DNA from: an uncultured delta proteobacterium | Lineage (GTDB): Bacteria; Desulfobacterota; Binatia; Binatales; Binataceae | NCBI GenBank assembly: GCA_963724765.1 | Contig: CAVRVY010000001.1 | Coordinates: 32,001-96,000, forward strand | Length of the DNA: 64,000 nucleotides | Reading direction: 5' to 3' | Shown: positions 55,766-64,000 of the stretch, piece after piece | Layout: every line of letters starts with the position of its first letter | Position numbering within the stretch: position 1 is the stretch's first letter | Program-made: the position numbers and the translations under genes | Notes under the pieces: generated by a model | What the model was told of the DNA's origin: nothing | Database searches by the model: none | What the model saw: the letters and a program-made list of their open reading frames with translations, nothing else

Positions 55766-55793
55766 CACCTAATGTTCTAATGGCAGACTCCAA

Positions 55794-56648
55794 ATGACAT
55801 ACTATTATCGATTAGCTATTTGGAGTTCATCGCTGGTCTTTGCCGTTATCCTGTTTTCCAACCGCGCGGCCGCCCAAGTCGATCCGTGGGAGTTCGAAGT
55901 GTACCCCTATGCGACGGAAGGGCGGGGAGTCGCCGAACTCGAGACCGACAACGCGGTGGTGCCCAACGGCCACAGCCAGGGCGGTAACGGAACCGCGGCG
56001 GGGACTTTTCCGAGCCAGGCGATGTGGTATAATCAGTACGAATTGACCTATGGTATCACCGATCGAATCGAGGCGGCCGCATATCTTAATATGGCGCTGC
56101 CACGCGGCGGTGGTTATCAATATGCCAGTTCCAAGTATCGTTTGCGCGGCAGGCTCTTCGACGAGGACGTTCTGCCGGTCGATCTCGGATGGTACGTCGA
56201 ACTCGAATGGCATCGGACGCCGCAGTTCGATACCGACCAGCTCGAACTCGAACTTCGTCCCATAATCGAGAAGGACCTGGGCCGCTTCTCGATCCTTGCC
56301 AATCCAACGTTTGAAAAACCGATCTTCGTCGGGCCGGACAAGAACGAGGGCTTCGAGTTCGGCTACTCCGGCGCGGTCTATTACCGCTGGACGCGGTATC
56401 TATCGCCGGGAGTTGAGGTCTACGGCGCGACCGGCGACCTCGACGACACTCCGCCGCTCCATACGCAGCAGCATTACGTCTTCCCTGTCATCTGGGGCGC
56501 GCTCCCGTATCGTGTCGAATACAACATCGGCCCGGGCTTCGGCCTCACACGCGGCTCCGACCGCGTAATCGTGAAATTCAACCTCGAGGTGGAGGCCTTC
56601 GTCGGTTCGCTTTTCGGTCCTTCCCCCGAAGGGAGTTGGTTTTTTTAA
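55794..56648 (+). CDS. Putative outer-membrane beta-barrel protein
   Basis: Signal peptide; alternating aromatic strands (ELTYG, ELELRPIIEK, YNIGPGFGLT). Confidence 0.7.
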   Translation: MTYYYRLAIWSSSLVFAVILFSNRAAAQVDPWEFEVYPYATEGRGVAELETDNAVVPNGHSQGGNGTAAGTFPSQAMWYNQYELTYGITDRIEAAAYLNMALPRGGGYQYASSKYRLRGRLFDEDVLPVDLGWYVELEWHRTPQFDTDQLELELRPIIEKDLGRFSILANPTFEKPIFVGPDKNEGFEFGYSGAVYYRWTRYLSPGVEVYGATGDLDDTPPLHTQQHYVFPVIWGALPYRVEYNIGPGFGLTRGSDRVIVKFNLEVEAFVGSLFGPSPEGSWFF

Positions 56649-56822
56649 AGGGATTGTCCAGGGAATCGCGGGGAAGAGCGGGAGTGACTTGAAGCCATCG
56701 AGCGCGCTTTCCCGATCGCCGCGAGTTCTGCGATGTTGTTCGAGGCGTGGCTGCGCGCTCGCTAGCGCGGCCGCCGCAAGGCGCTCTTTGTCAGTAACTG
56801 GCGGGAGTCCCAGGAGGACGAC

Positions 56823-57698
56823 ATGAAAATCGGGGTCGCGGCATTCCTCACCGAGAAATCCGGCAATCCCGGCACGATTGCGGCCACGGCCGAGCGCGCC
56901 GGCTTCGAATCGTTCTGGGTCGCCGAGCATCTGGTCATCCCGGCCGCCTACACGACTTACTATCCGCGTTCGCCCGACGGCAAGGTGCCCGAGTCCTATG
57001 CCCACCTGGCCGATCCGTTCGTCGCGCTGGCGATGGCCGCGCAGGCGACTTCGCGTATTCGTATCGGCACCAGCGTCTGCCTGCTGCCCGAGCGCAATCC
57101 GATCGAGACCGCCAAGGCCGCGGCGACGCTCGACATGTATTCGGGGGGCCGCCTGATGCTGGGCGTGGGTGCGGGATGGTTTCCCGAAGAGGCCGCGATA
57201 ATGGGCGTGGACTTCAAGCGCCGCTGGCGCCATTTGCGCGAATCGGTCGAGGCGATGCGCGAGTTGTGGAGCAAACCCGAGGCGAGCTACGAGGGCGAGA
57301 TCATCAAGTTCCCGCCGGTCAGGCTTTTTCCCAAGCCGGTGCAGAAGCCGTATCCGCCGATTTTTCTCGGCGCGCACGATCCCGGCCCGGCATTGAAACG
57401 GGTCGCGCGATGGGCGGACGGATGGATGCCGGGCGGGCTCAGTCCGGAACAGGCCGCGCAATGTATTCCGCAGGTCAAGCAGATGGCGCGCGAGAACGGA
57501 CGCGACTCTGAGCGGATGGAGTTCTCGGTGATGCTCGGGATCGGCGCGCAGCAGACGCCGTCGGCCGACGCGCTCAAGCGTTACGCCGCCGCCGGCGTCA
57601 GCCGGGTGATAATTCTGGCGGGCGAGATTGCCGCGCGCGACGGCGTCGAGGTGGTCAAGGAACTGGCGCCGCTGGTCGAGCGTGCCGCGCGGATCTGA
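56823..57698 (+). CDS. LLM-class (F420-dependent-like) oxidoreductase
   Basis: AERAGFESFWVAEH, DPFVAL..AAQATSRIRIGT, ATLD.YSGGRL.LGVGAGW, PKPVQKPYPP. Confidence 0.92.
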   Translation: MKIGVAAFLTEKSGNPGTIAATAERAGFESFWVAEHLVIPAAYTTYYPRSPDGKVPESYAHLADPFVALAMAAQATSRIRIGTSVCLLPERNPIETAKAAATLDMYSGGRLMLGVGAGWFPEEAAIMGVDFKRRWRHLRESVEAMRELWSKPEASYEGEIIKFPPVRLFPKPVQKPYPPIFLGAHDPGPALKRVARWADGWMPGGLSPEQAAQCIPQVKQMARENGRDSERMEFSVMLGIGAQQTPSADALKRYAAAGVSRVIILAGEIAARDGVEVVKELAPLVERAARI

Positions 57699-57856
57699 TT
57701 CGGTAAGATTTTCGAGCGTTTCGAGCATGATCCAAGCGCTGCGAGCCGCGAATGGCGCGCGCAGACGCGGCCTTGTCGCATCTTGCAGCCAGTGGCATAG
57801 TTGCCAAGAGAATTCTCCGCGCGATCCAAAAAGTGGTTCCCCTGGCACAGGCACGC

Positions 57857-58165
57857 TTGTCCATCGAAACGATCAAAATCGAGCTGAACTCGGTAGTGGT
57901 TGCGGCCGCCGACCAGGTCTCCTGTGACCTCGAGGGTGAAGCCGCAATCCTCAATCTCAAGACCGGCGTCTACTATGGGCTCGACGACATCGGCGCGTCG
58001 GTCTGGCGAATGCTCAACGAGCCGCGGCGCGTGGATGATCTGGTCGATGCTTTGCTCGGCGAGTACGAGGTCGACCGTGAGGAGTGCCAGCACGACGTGA
58101 TCGCGTTGCTTGGCGAACTCGCGGTGCGCGGCCTGGTCGAGATCAACGACGGACTCGAAAGCTGA
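57857..58165 (+). CDS. PqqD-family RiPP recognition element (lasso B1-like); start uncertain
   Basis: DQVSCDLEGEAAILNLKTGVYYGLDDIGASVW..L..EYEVD..C..DV..LL.EL..GLV. Confidence 0.9.
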   Translation: MSIETIKIELNSVVVAAADQVSCDLEGEAAILNLKTGVYYGLDDIGASVWRMLNEPRRVDDLVDALLGEYEVDREECQHDVIALLGELAVRGLVEINDGLES

Positions 58166-58357
58166 CCGCCGCCGTGGAAATTTCGTCGAGTGGCACGTTG
58201 CACTTCTGAACGACGCGCCGCGGTTTTCTTCTTATTGGATTCGGAGTCGTGGGGCTGTTAGGATCCTAGTGGGTCTTCGAGCGCGGCTACTAAATCAGGT
58301 GCGCTACTGAAATGTCCATCGCGGAAAACTCTCTGAACGCAAGCGTCACAGGCCGGG

Positions 58358-58813
58358 ATGGCGCGCCGGCTCGCTAAATTTTTCCGCCTCTCGTTCTCCG
58401 ATCAGCGGCTGCTGATGCGAGCCGCGTTGGCCGTCGTCAGCGCGAAGCTGGCTATCAGGAGCTTGCGCCTGCCTGCCGCGCGTGCGGCGGTCACTCACCT
58501 GGAGCGCCTGGGATGGATCGTCACGCCGGCGCGCGCAGATCGAATCGTGTGGGCCGTAGAGGCCGCCGGCCGTGCGATACCCGGTATGAAGAACTGCCTG
58601 GTGCAGGCGGTGGCGGCGGAAGCGATGCTGTTGCGGGCGGGGCATCCGTGCCAATTCCGAATCGGCGCCGCGAAAAACGGGCCGGACGAATTGATCGCGC
58701 ACGCATGGCTGGAGAGCGAGGGCAGGGTTCTCATCGGCGACTTCGAGCTCGACCGCTATACGCCATTCGTCGCGCCTCAGATTCAGGCCGGCACGCCTCC
58801 CGCTGCGCGATAG
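58358..58813 (+). CDS. Lasso peptide B2 leader peptidase (transglutaminase-like)
   Basis: NCLVQAVA (Cys), FRIGA, AHAWLE (His). Confidence 0.88.
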   Translation: MARRLAKFFRLSFSDQRLLMRAALAVVSAKLAIRSLRLPAARAAVTHLERLGWIVTPARADRIVWAVEAAGRAIPGMKNCLVQAVAAEAMLLRAGHPCQFRIGAAKNGPDELIAHAWLESEGRVLIGDFELDRYTPFVAPQIQAGTPPAAR

Positions 58814-58846
58814 GCCGGGGCGACGCACCGGACCTTAGCGCCACTC

Positions 58847-60244
58847 ATGGCGAAAGAAAGGAACGGGCAATCGCGGGCGCCTTGTGGCGGCGCCGATGCC
58901 GTCGTGAGCTCCATCGCCTCCACCGTCAAAGCTGGCCTCAAATCCGGCCCGGCGCCGAGCCGCGAAGCTGAACTGCTCATCTGCTGCGCCACTTCGGTTG
59001 CGACGCCAGAGCGCACGGCGCATCTGCGCGCGATCGTCGACGGGGGCGTCGATTGGCAATTGGCCACACACATGGCGTCGACGCAGGCGGTGATGCCACT
59101 GGTCTATCGCTACCTGACCTCGGAACTCGAGGCCGGGTTGCCGGCCGACGCGGCTCGCGGCCTGCGCCAGGCTTTCTACGGCAACTCGCTGCGCAACCTC
59201 CATCTCGCGCGCGAGCTGGTGCGGCTGACGGCGCTGCTCGAGCGGGGCGGTGTCGAGCCGCTGGCGCTCAAGGGTCCGGCGCTGGCGATGCAGGCCTATG
59301 GCGCCCTCGCGATGCGCCAGTTTACCGACCTTGACCTCCTGGTGCGGGAAAGCGAGGTCGAGCGCGCGGCCGAGATTCTTCTCAACGACGGCTACGCGCT
59401 ACGCGCAGGATGCGGGCTTGCCGACCTCGGCCGGACGGGCGCGTACGAAATCACGATGGGGCGGGCGGGCGTACTGACTGAAATCGATCTCCACTGGCGC
59501 CTCGTCCCGCGCTATTTTCCGCTCACGCTCGACGGCGAAGATCTGTGGCGGCGCGCGGTGCGGGTCGAGATCGAAGGCGCCGCCGTGCGCACCCTGGCGG
59601 CCGTCGACCATCTGCTCTATCTGTGCGCGCACGGAGCCAAGCACGGATGGCAGGCGCTCGGCGGGATTTGCGATCTGGCCGAACTGATACGCGCATCGTC
59701 GGGCATTTCACCGCAAACTTCGTCGCAAACTTCGTCGCAAACTTCGTCGCAAACTTCGTCGCAAACTTCGTCGCAAACTTCGTCGCAAACTTCGTCGATA
59801 GACTGGGGTGAGCTCTGCGCGCGAGCCGACCGCGCGGGTGCACGCCGGGCACTTGCACTCGGCGTGCTGCTCGCGCACGAGTTGCTCGACGCCGAGGCGC
59901 CGGTGGCCGTGCTCGAGACGGCCCGCCGCGAGCCCGCGGTCATGCGTGCCGCGCGCAGCTTCATCGGTTATGTGCGCGATCCGAGCGATGACGGCCCGGG
60001 GTTCTATCAACGATGGTCGGTGCCGCTCGGCGTCATCGCGGGGCCCGGGGCACGGTTACGTTACTTCACCGGGCGCGCGCTGTTGCCGAGCGCCGACGAT
60101 CGCGAATTTCTGCGGCTGCCACCGGCCCTCTATCCCCTGTACTATTTGCTGCGTCCGCTCAGGGTGGTTCTCAAGGAGGGCCCCGCCGCCGTACGCAGGC
60201 TGATGCGCTCGGCTCCGTGGCCGGCGGACCATTCATCGCGATGA
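58847..60244 (+). CDS. Nucleotidyltransferase family protein (NTP_transf_5-like)
   Basis: LKGPALA..YG..RQFTDLDLLV, IDLHW, LLYLCAHGAKH.W..CDL. Confidence 0.88.
   Translation: MAKERNGQSRAPCGGADAVVSSIASTVKAGLKSGPAPSREAELLICCATSVATPERTAHLRAIVDGGVDWQLATHMASTQAVMPLVYRYLTSELEAGLPADAARGLRQAFYGNSLRNLHLARELVRLTALLERGGVEPLALKGPALAMQAYGALAMRQFTDLDLLVRESEVERAAEILLNDGYALRAGCGLADLGRTGAYEITMGRAGVLTEIDLHWRLVPRYFPLTLDGEDLWRRAVRVEIEGAAVRTLAAVDHLLYLCAHGAKHGWQALGGICDLAELIRASSGISPQTSSQTSSQTSSQTSSQTSSQTSSQTSSIDWGELCARADRAGARRALALGVLLAHELLDAEAPVAVLETARREPAVMRAARSFIGYVRDPSDDGPGFYQRWSVPLGVIAGPGARLRYFTGRALLPSADDREFLRLPPALYPLYYLLRPLRVVLKEGPAAVRRLMRSAPWPADHSSR
59712..59797 (+). repeat. In-frame 12-bp VNTR CGCAAACTTCGT x7 (SQTS)
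   Basis: Seven exact units inside the NTase gene. Confidence 0.97.
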
Positions 60245-62139
60245 AAAAGCCAATAAACGCCTTTATTCGTGCGCTGTTCGAGGTCGGCCGCCTGCGAATC
60301 GCAGGCGCCATCGGGCTGATGGTTCTCTTTTCGCTTAGCGAGGGCATCGGGATCGCAGTGCTGCTGCCGATCCTGCAGGCCTCCGGCTTCGACCTCGGCG
60401 CGCAGGGCGCGGTTGGCCGCTATGCTAACGCGGTGGCCGCTGCCTTCGAGGCCGTCGGCCTCCATCCGAGCCTGCTGCTGTTGTTGATGGTGTTCGCCGG
60501 CCTGGTCGGGGCGCGGGCGCTACTGGGACGCTGGCAGGTAGTCGCGATGGCCTCGGTGCAGCAGAATCTCGGCGCTGGGTTGCGCGAGCGCCTGTATCAC
60601 GGGATCGCCAACGCCAACTGGCTCGCGCTTTCGCGGATGCGCTCGTCGGACCTGGCCCATGCGCTGACGGCGGAGATTGAACGGGTCGAGACCGCCACCT
60701 ACGGAGCGCTGAGCCTCGCCTCAACGGTGTTGCTGTTCGTGCTTTATATAGGGATTGGCCTGGCGATTTCAGCGCCGATGACGGCGCTGGTGCTCGGTTG
60801 CGGAATCCTCCTGGTCGCCTTGCTGCGCGGACGCACGGCGCTGTTGCACGGCGCGGGCGCTACGCTTTCGGAGCGGACCAAGGGGCTGTACTCCGCCACG
60901 GTCGAGCATCTGCAGAGCCTCAAGGCGGCCAAGATGTACGGCGTACAGGAGCGCAACTTTGACTCCTACGCGACGCTCAGCCGCGAGGTCGCCGCCGCCA
61001 ACGTCAATATCGAGCGCCAGCAGGCCGCCACCGGTTCGCTGTTCGAGATCGGGTCGGTGGTAATCCTGGCCGCGGTGCTCTACGTCTCGATTCGGGTGCT
61101 GGGAGTTGCCCCATTCGCCGTGCTGCTGCTGTTGGCGATGTTCGCGCGGGTGATGCCGCGGGTCATGCAGTGCCATAACCTGTATCAGATGTTCATGCAT
61201 GAGCTGCCTGCGTTCGAAAACGTAGGGGGACTGACCGGGCGCTGCGCAGCGGTGGCCGAACCGGCGGAGGCTCCCGCACAGGCGCTCGAACTCGCTGATT
61301 CGCTCCGCATGGAGGCGGTCTCGTTCTCCTACCAGCGCGTGGACGGCCGAGCGCCGGCCGATCGGTCTGAACAGTCTCCGGTCGACCGCGCTCAGGACCA
61401 GTCCCGGCCGCCGCTCGCCGTGCACGATCTCGACCTCACCGTGCCCGTGGGCGAGGTGGTCGCGCTGGTCGGCCCGTCGGGTGCGGGCAAGAGCACGATT
61501 GCCGACCTGATGACGGGTCTGCTGATGCCCGAGTCGGGGTGCGTCACCGTCGATGGCGTCGCGCTGGACGAAACGCGCGCGCGTGCGTGGCGCGAGGAGG
61601 TGGGTTACGTTTCGCAGGACACCTACCTGTTTCACGACACGGTGCGCGCCAACCTGCTATGGGCGCGGACCGGCGCGAGTGAGGCCGAGCTGCGCGAGGC
61701 GCTCGGGCTGGCTGCGGCGGAGCAGTTCGTCGACGCGCTGGGGGCCGGGCTCGACACCGTGATCGGCGACCGCGGGGTGTCGATTTCGCACGGTGAGCGC
61801 CAGCGCCTGGCCCTCGCGCGCGCCCTGTTGCGCCGCCCGCGTCTGCTGATCCTGGACGAGGCGACCAACAGCCTCGACGCGCACAACGAGCAGCGGATCC
61901 TCGACACGATCGAACGGCTGCGTGGCGATCTCACCATCGTAATGATCGCCCATCGGATTGCCGCCGTGCGCCAGGCCGATCGGATCTACGTCGTGGATGG
62001 CGGCACGATCGTCGAGTCGGGAAGCTGGAACGATCTGTGCGCCCGTGAGCATGGGCGCTTTCGTGCGATGTGCGAAAGCCAGGGAATCGCGCCCGTTCCG
62101 CTGGCTCCGGCGCGTCCGCCGATCGCCCGCCGCGCCTGA
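60241..62139 (+). CDS. ABC exporter (fused TMD-NBD)
   Basis: TM helices; GPSGAGKST, ISHGERQRLALARAL, LILDEAT, IAHR. Confidence 0.93.
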   Translation: MKKPINAFIRALFEVGRLRIAGAIGLMVLFSLSEGIGIAVLLPILQASGFDLGAQGAVGRYANAVAAAFEAVGLHPSLLLLLMVFAGLVGARALLGRWQVVAMASVQQNLGAGLRERLYHGIANANWLALSRMRSSDLAHALTAEIERVETATYGALSLASTVLLFVLYIGIGLAISAPMTALVLGCGILLVALLRGRTALLHGAGATLSERTKGLYSATVEHLQSLKAAKMYGVQERNFDSYATLSREVAAANVNIERQQAATGSLFEIGSVVILAAVLYVSIRVLGVAPFAVLLLLAMFARVMPRVMQCHNLYQMFMHELPAFENVGGLTGRCAAVAEPAEAPAQALELADSLRMEAVSFSYQRVDGRAPADRSEQSPVDRAQDQSRPPLAVHDLDLTVPVGEVVALVGPSGAGKSTIADLMTGLLMPESGCVTVDGVALDETRARAWREEVGYVSQDTYLFHDTVRANLLWARTGASEAELREALGLAAAEQFVDALGAGLDTVIGDRGVSISHGERQRLALARALLRRPRLLILDEATNSLDAHNEQRILDTIERLRGDLTIVMIAHRIAAVRQADRIYVVDGGTIVESGSWNDLCAREHGRFRAMCESQGIAPVPLAPARPPIARRA

Positions 62140-62186
62140 GCGGCGCGGCCAGCCGCGAACATCCTGGCGCGGATCGGATTTCCCGG

Positions 62187-62240
62187 TGGTGCGAGAGGGG
62201 GGACTTGAACCCCCACGCCTTGCGGCACCGGATCCTAAGT
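62187..62240 (-). pseudogene. tRNA-Leu(TAG) 3' half (att junction of a second element)
   Basis: Minus strand CTTAGGA-TCCGGTGCCGCAAGGCGTGGGGGTTCAAGTCCCCCCTCTCGCACCA, with long variable arm, T-loop and CCA; 5' half absent. Confidence 0.9.
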
Positions 62241-62566
62241 ACTACTCCCGTACCTCCACGATCCATCGCCACCGATCACTATTCAACGCCATCAAGCACT
62301 TTCGCGCCGGTCGATGTTGCTCGATAAGCGCGCTCCTACCTATCGCGCTCGATAGTTCCGCCACAATTACGCCACAGCGCAATAGCCATTCTGTCGGCCA
62401 TTCCGAACGTGACGCACTGGATATGGCATCCTCTGCGTCATCAAAAGACGTTGATTCTAAAGGGAAATTTGGCGCCTGTGGCTCAAGTGTGGCGCAATTT
62501 CACGACGCTCAACAATGGAATTTTGGGCATTTCGCCCATGAAAACCGGACTGAAAAGGAGGTCTAT

Positions 62567-63013
62567 ATGCGGGTTTGTAACAAGTCTGAGGCGTTCAAAC
62601 TGGCACGGCAACTCAACGACGATGGCGACGCGCCGCTCGATGACGCGACGCTCGATCGCTACTGGAACGATTACCGTATCGCAGAGTTGCCCGAGCCGTT
62701 GGATGCGATCGTTCTACAGTGCTTCGTCGCGCTGCCCGCGACAGTCGCGGTGCGGTTGATGCAGGTCGCCGCCTATCACGAGCCGGTGAACGGTGTCTTC
62801 GACGACAGCGTGGTAACTCAGGTGCTGAAGATGCGATCGGCAGGTGTGGAGGAGTGGCTGCTACTCGCGCAAAGCGGTTACTACATCGGCTTGGCTCAAC
62901 GCGAGATGTGCGGGTTCGATCTCGGCGCCGGGTTGCGCCGCATCGCGCGTTGCAGCCAGTTCCTCGTCGAATGGATCGAGGCGCATCGGTTTGCGCCGTT
63001 GCGCGCGCTGTAG
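62567..63013 (+). CDS. Hypothetical protein
   Basis: AAGGAGGT RBS before the ATG; 148 aa; no recognised motif. Confidence 0.6.
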   Translation: MRVCNKSEAFKLARQLNDDGDAPLDDATLDRYWNDYRIAELPEPLDAIVLQCFVALPATVAVRLMQVAAYHEPVNGVFDDSVVTQVLKMRSAGVEEWLLLAQSGYYIGLAQREMCGFDLGAGLRRIARCSQFLVEWIEAHRFAPLRAL

Positions 63014-63025
63014 CGAGGCGATGGG

Positions 63026-63057
63026 CGCCTCCGTCGTTCCTAGGAACGACGGAGGCG
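63026..63057. repeat. Perfect 32-bp palindrome
   Basis: cgcctccgtcgttcctaggaacgacggaggcg equals its own reverse complement. Confidence 0.95.
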
Positions 63058-63208
63058 GCGTCGAGGAGGGCATCCATCCAAGGCACGATGCCTTAGCTTA
63101 GTGGCATGAATTTTGTGCCCGAACTTCCCTGGGATAGGGATGGGTCCCATCGCCCAAAACAGCGACAGCACCTTTGCTCGCGACGAACTTGAATAGGCGG
63201 TAGATCCC

Positions 63209-63523
63209 ATGAATCAAACTAAGTCGATAGAAGCGAAGGCCGCAATCCTGCGGCTGATGGTCGCGGCTGGTTGGCCGCAGAAGATCGGACTGAACGACAA
63301 GCAGCACTGCGCGCATAACCGCCTGAGTCTCGACACCCTTACGGTTCACACCTTCTGGACCAAGGGGCACGACCCGTTCATCTACGATCCGGCGCTCCAT
63401 GTCGTGACGCGGGGCAAAACCCGAGACGCGGCGCTAATCGCGATGGTCCATCAGCGCCAGGACCTAGCGCGCCGCGATTCTGGCCGCGCGGGCACCGTCC
63501 CTGCCGAAAATCCCGAGGTCTAG
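63209..63523 (+). CDS. Hypothetical protein
   Basis: 104-aa ORF co-oriented with its neighbours and followed by a small hairpin. Confidence 0.45.
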   Translation: MNQTKSIEAKAAILRLMVAAGWPQKIGLNDKQHCAHNRLSLDTLTVHTFWTKGHDPFIYDPALHVVTRGKTRDAALIAMVHQRQDLARRDSGRAGTVPAENPEV

Positions 63524-63565
63524 TCCGTCCCAGGGCGCCTGGGCGGCGTAGAGGAGGTAGATCAC

Positions 63566-64000
63566 ATGAATCTCACATTGGACGCGATCCTCTCGGACGG
63601 CCTCGACGCCGCCGGAGAACTCGAACCGCACGCGATGCTCGCGCTCGCCATGAAGCTACAGGGCGCCGCTTCGATCCTCTTCGCGCGCGCGGTCGCCGCG
63701 CTGGCATCCACGGCTGCGAGTGCGACTACGGAGCGCGCGCCCAAGCCCGACAACCGATTAATCTCGATCAAGGACGCAGCGTTACGCATCAACAAACATC
63801 GAAGCTGGCTGGATCGCCACGGCCGCCGACTCGGCATCATGATATGCGATCCGACGACTGGCCGTGCGCTGGGATGCTCGGAGGCGGCAATTCGGCGCTT
63901 CGTCGAAGGAGGCGCAACCAACGCCCCACCACCACCACGCGCACACGCATCGTTCGTGAGCGTTGATGAATTGCGCGCCCAGGAACGTGAAAGCAGAGCG
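63566..64000 (+). CDS. Excisionase/HTH-like DNA-binding protein (runs off the window end)
   Basis: GAGGAGGT RBS; open to the window end; RLISIKDAALRINKHRSWLDRH resembles MerR/Xis-type HTH. Confidence 0.6.
   Translation, partial: MNLTLDAILSDGLDAAGELEPHAMLALAMKLQGAASILFARAVAALASTAASATTERAPKPDNRLISIKDAALRINKHRSWLDRHGRRLGIMICDPTTGRALGCSEAAIRRFVEGGATNAPPPPRAHASFVSVDELRAQERESRA

Larger units (their letters stand above)
62241..64000. mobile_element. Left end of a second tRNA-targeting integrative element (prophage, satellite or IME)
   Basis: Abuts the tRNA-Leu fragment; 11-bp-period repeats gccaca..gccaca (62360) and inverted tgtggc..tgtggc (62477); small hypotheticals and an excisionase-like HTH. 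Confidence 0.7.

Noticed and set aside
52175-57854. Long antisense ORFs (e.g. 52175..53293, 56400..57854)
   Set aside because: They are shadows of well-supported genes on the opposite strand in high-GC DNA.
57699-58357. Lasso precursor peptide in the gaps around the PqqD gene
   Set aside because: I found no short RBS-led ORF with a YxxPxL leader and a penultimate Thr before a core.
49997-62240. The 12-kb interval between the two tRNA fragments as one mobile element
   Set aside because: The fragments belong to different tRNAs, the arm-type repeats lie outside the interval, and the content is host-like with no mobility genes.
61958-63013. 351-aa ORF
   Set aside because: It reads through the ABC gene end and the antisense tRNA fragment. 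Only the part from the RBS-led ATG at 62567 is credible.

Overview
This high-GC bacterial window has three parts. (1) Positions ~1-49,997 look like a large integrative conjugative element (ICE) or genomic island. Its right junction is the 5' half of a tRNA-Arg(CCT) cut at the anticodon loop; no integrase or left end is visible. It carries sugar and redox cargo genes (1-16.3 kb), a dense anti-phage island (17.9-33.8 kb) and a rearranged P-type trb/T4CP/MOBP conjugation module with a candidate oriT (34.1-48.9 kb). The defence island holds an intact catalytically inactive long Argonaute plus a stand-alone Sir2, an IS3-truncated DISARM drmC, an AbiE pair whose toxin is fused to WYL and Zn-finger domains, a Hachiman-like HamA/HamB pair, and a probable ~1,040-aa PD-(D/E)XK nuclease-TPR fusion. 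(2) Positions ~50.0-62.2 kb are frameshift-free, host-like genes: TetR, GST, ArgE, Tag, a Fur-box cupredoxin/cytochrome/beta-barrel operon, an LLM oxidoreductase, and a lasso-like RRE-B2-NTase-ABC cluster with no visible cyclase or precursor. (3) A second integrated element starts at a tRNA-Leu(TAG) 3' fragment at 62.2 kb. Many genes in part 1 carry single-base frameshifts that may be sequencing or assembly errors. All protein calls are by motif recognition, with no database search.
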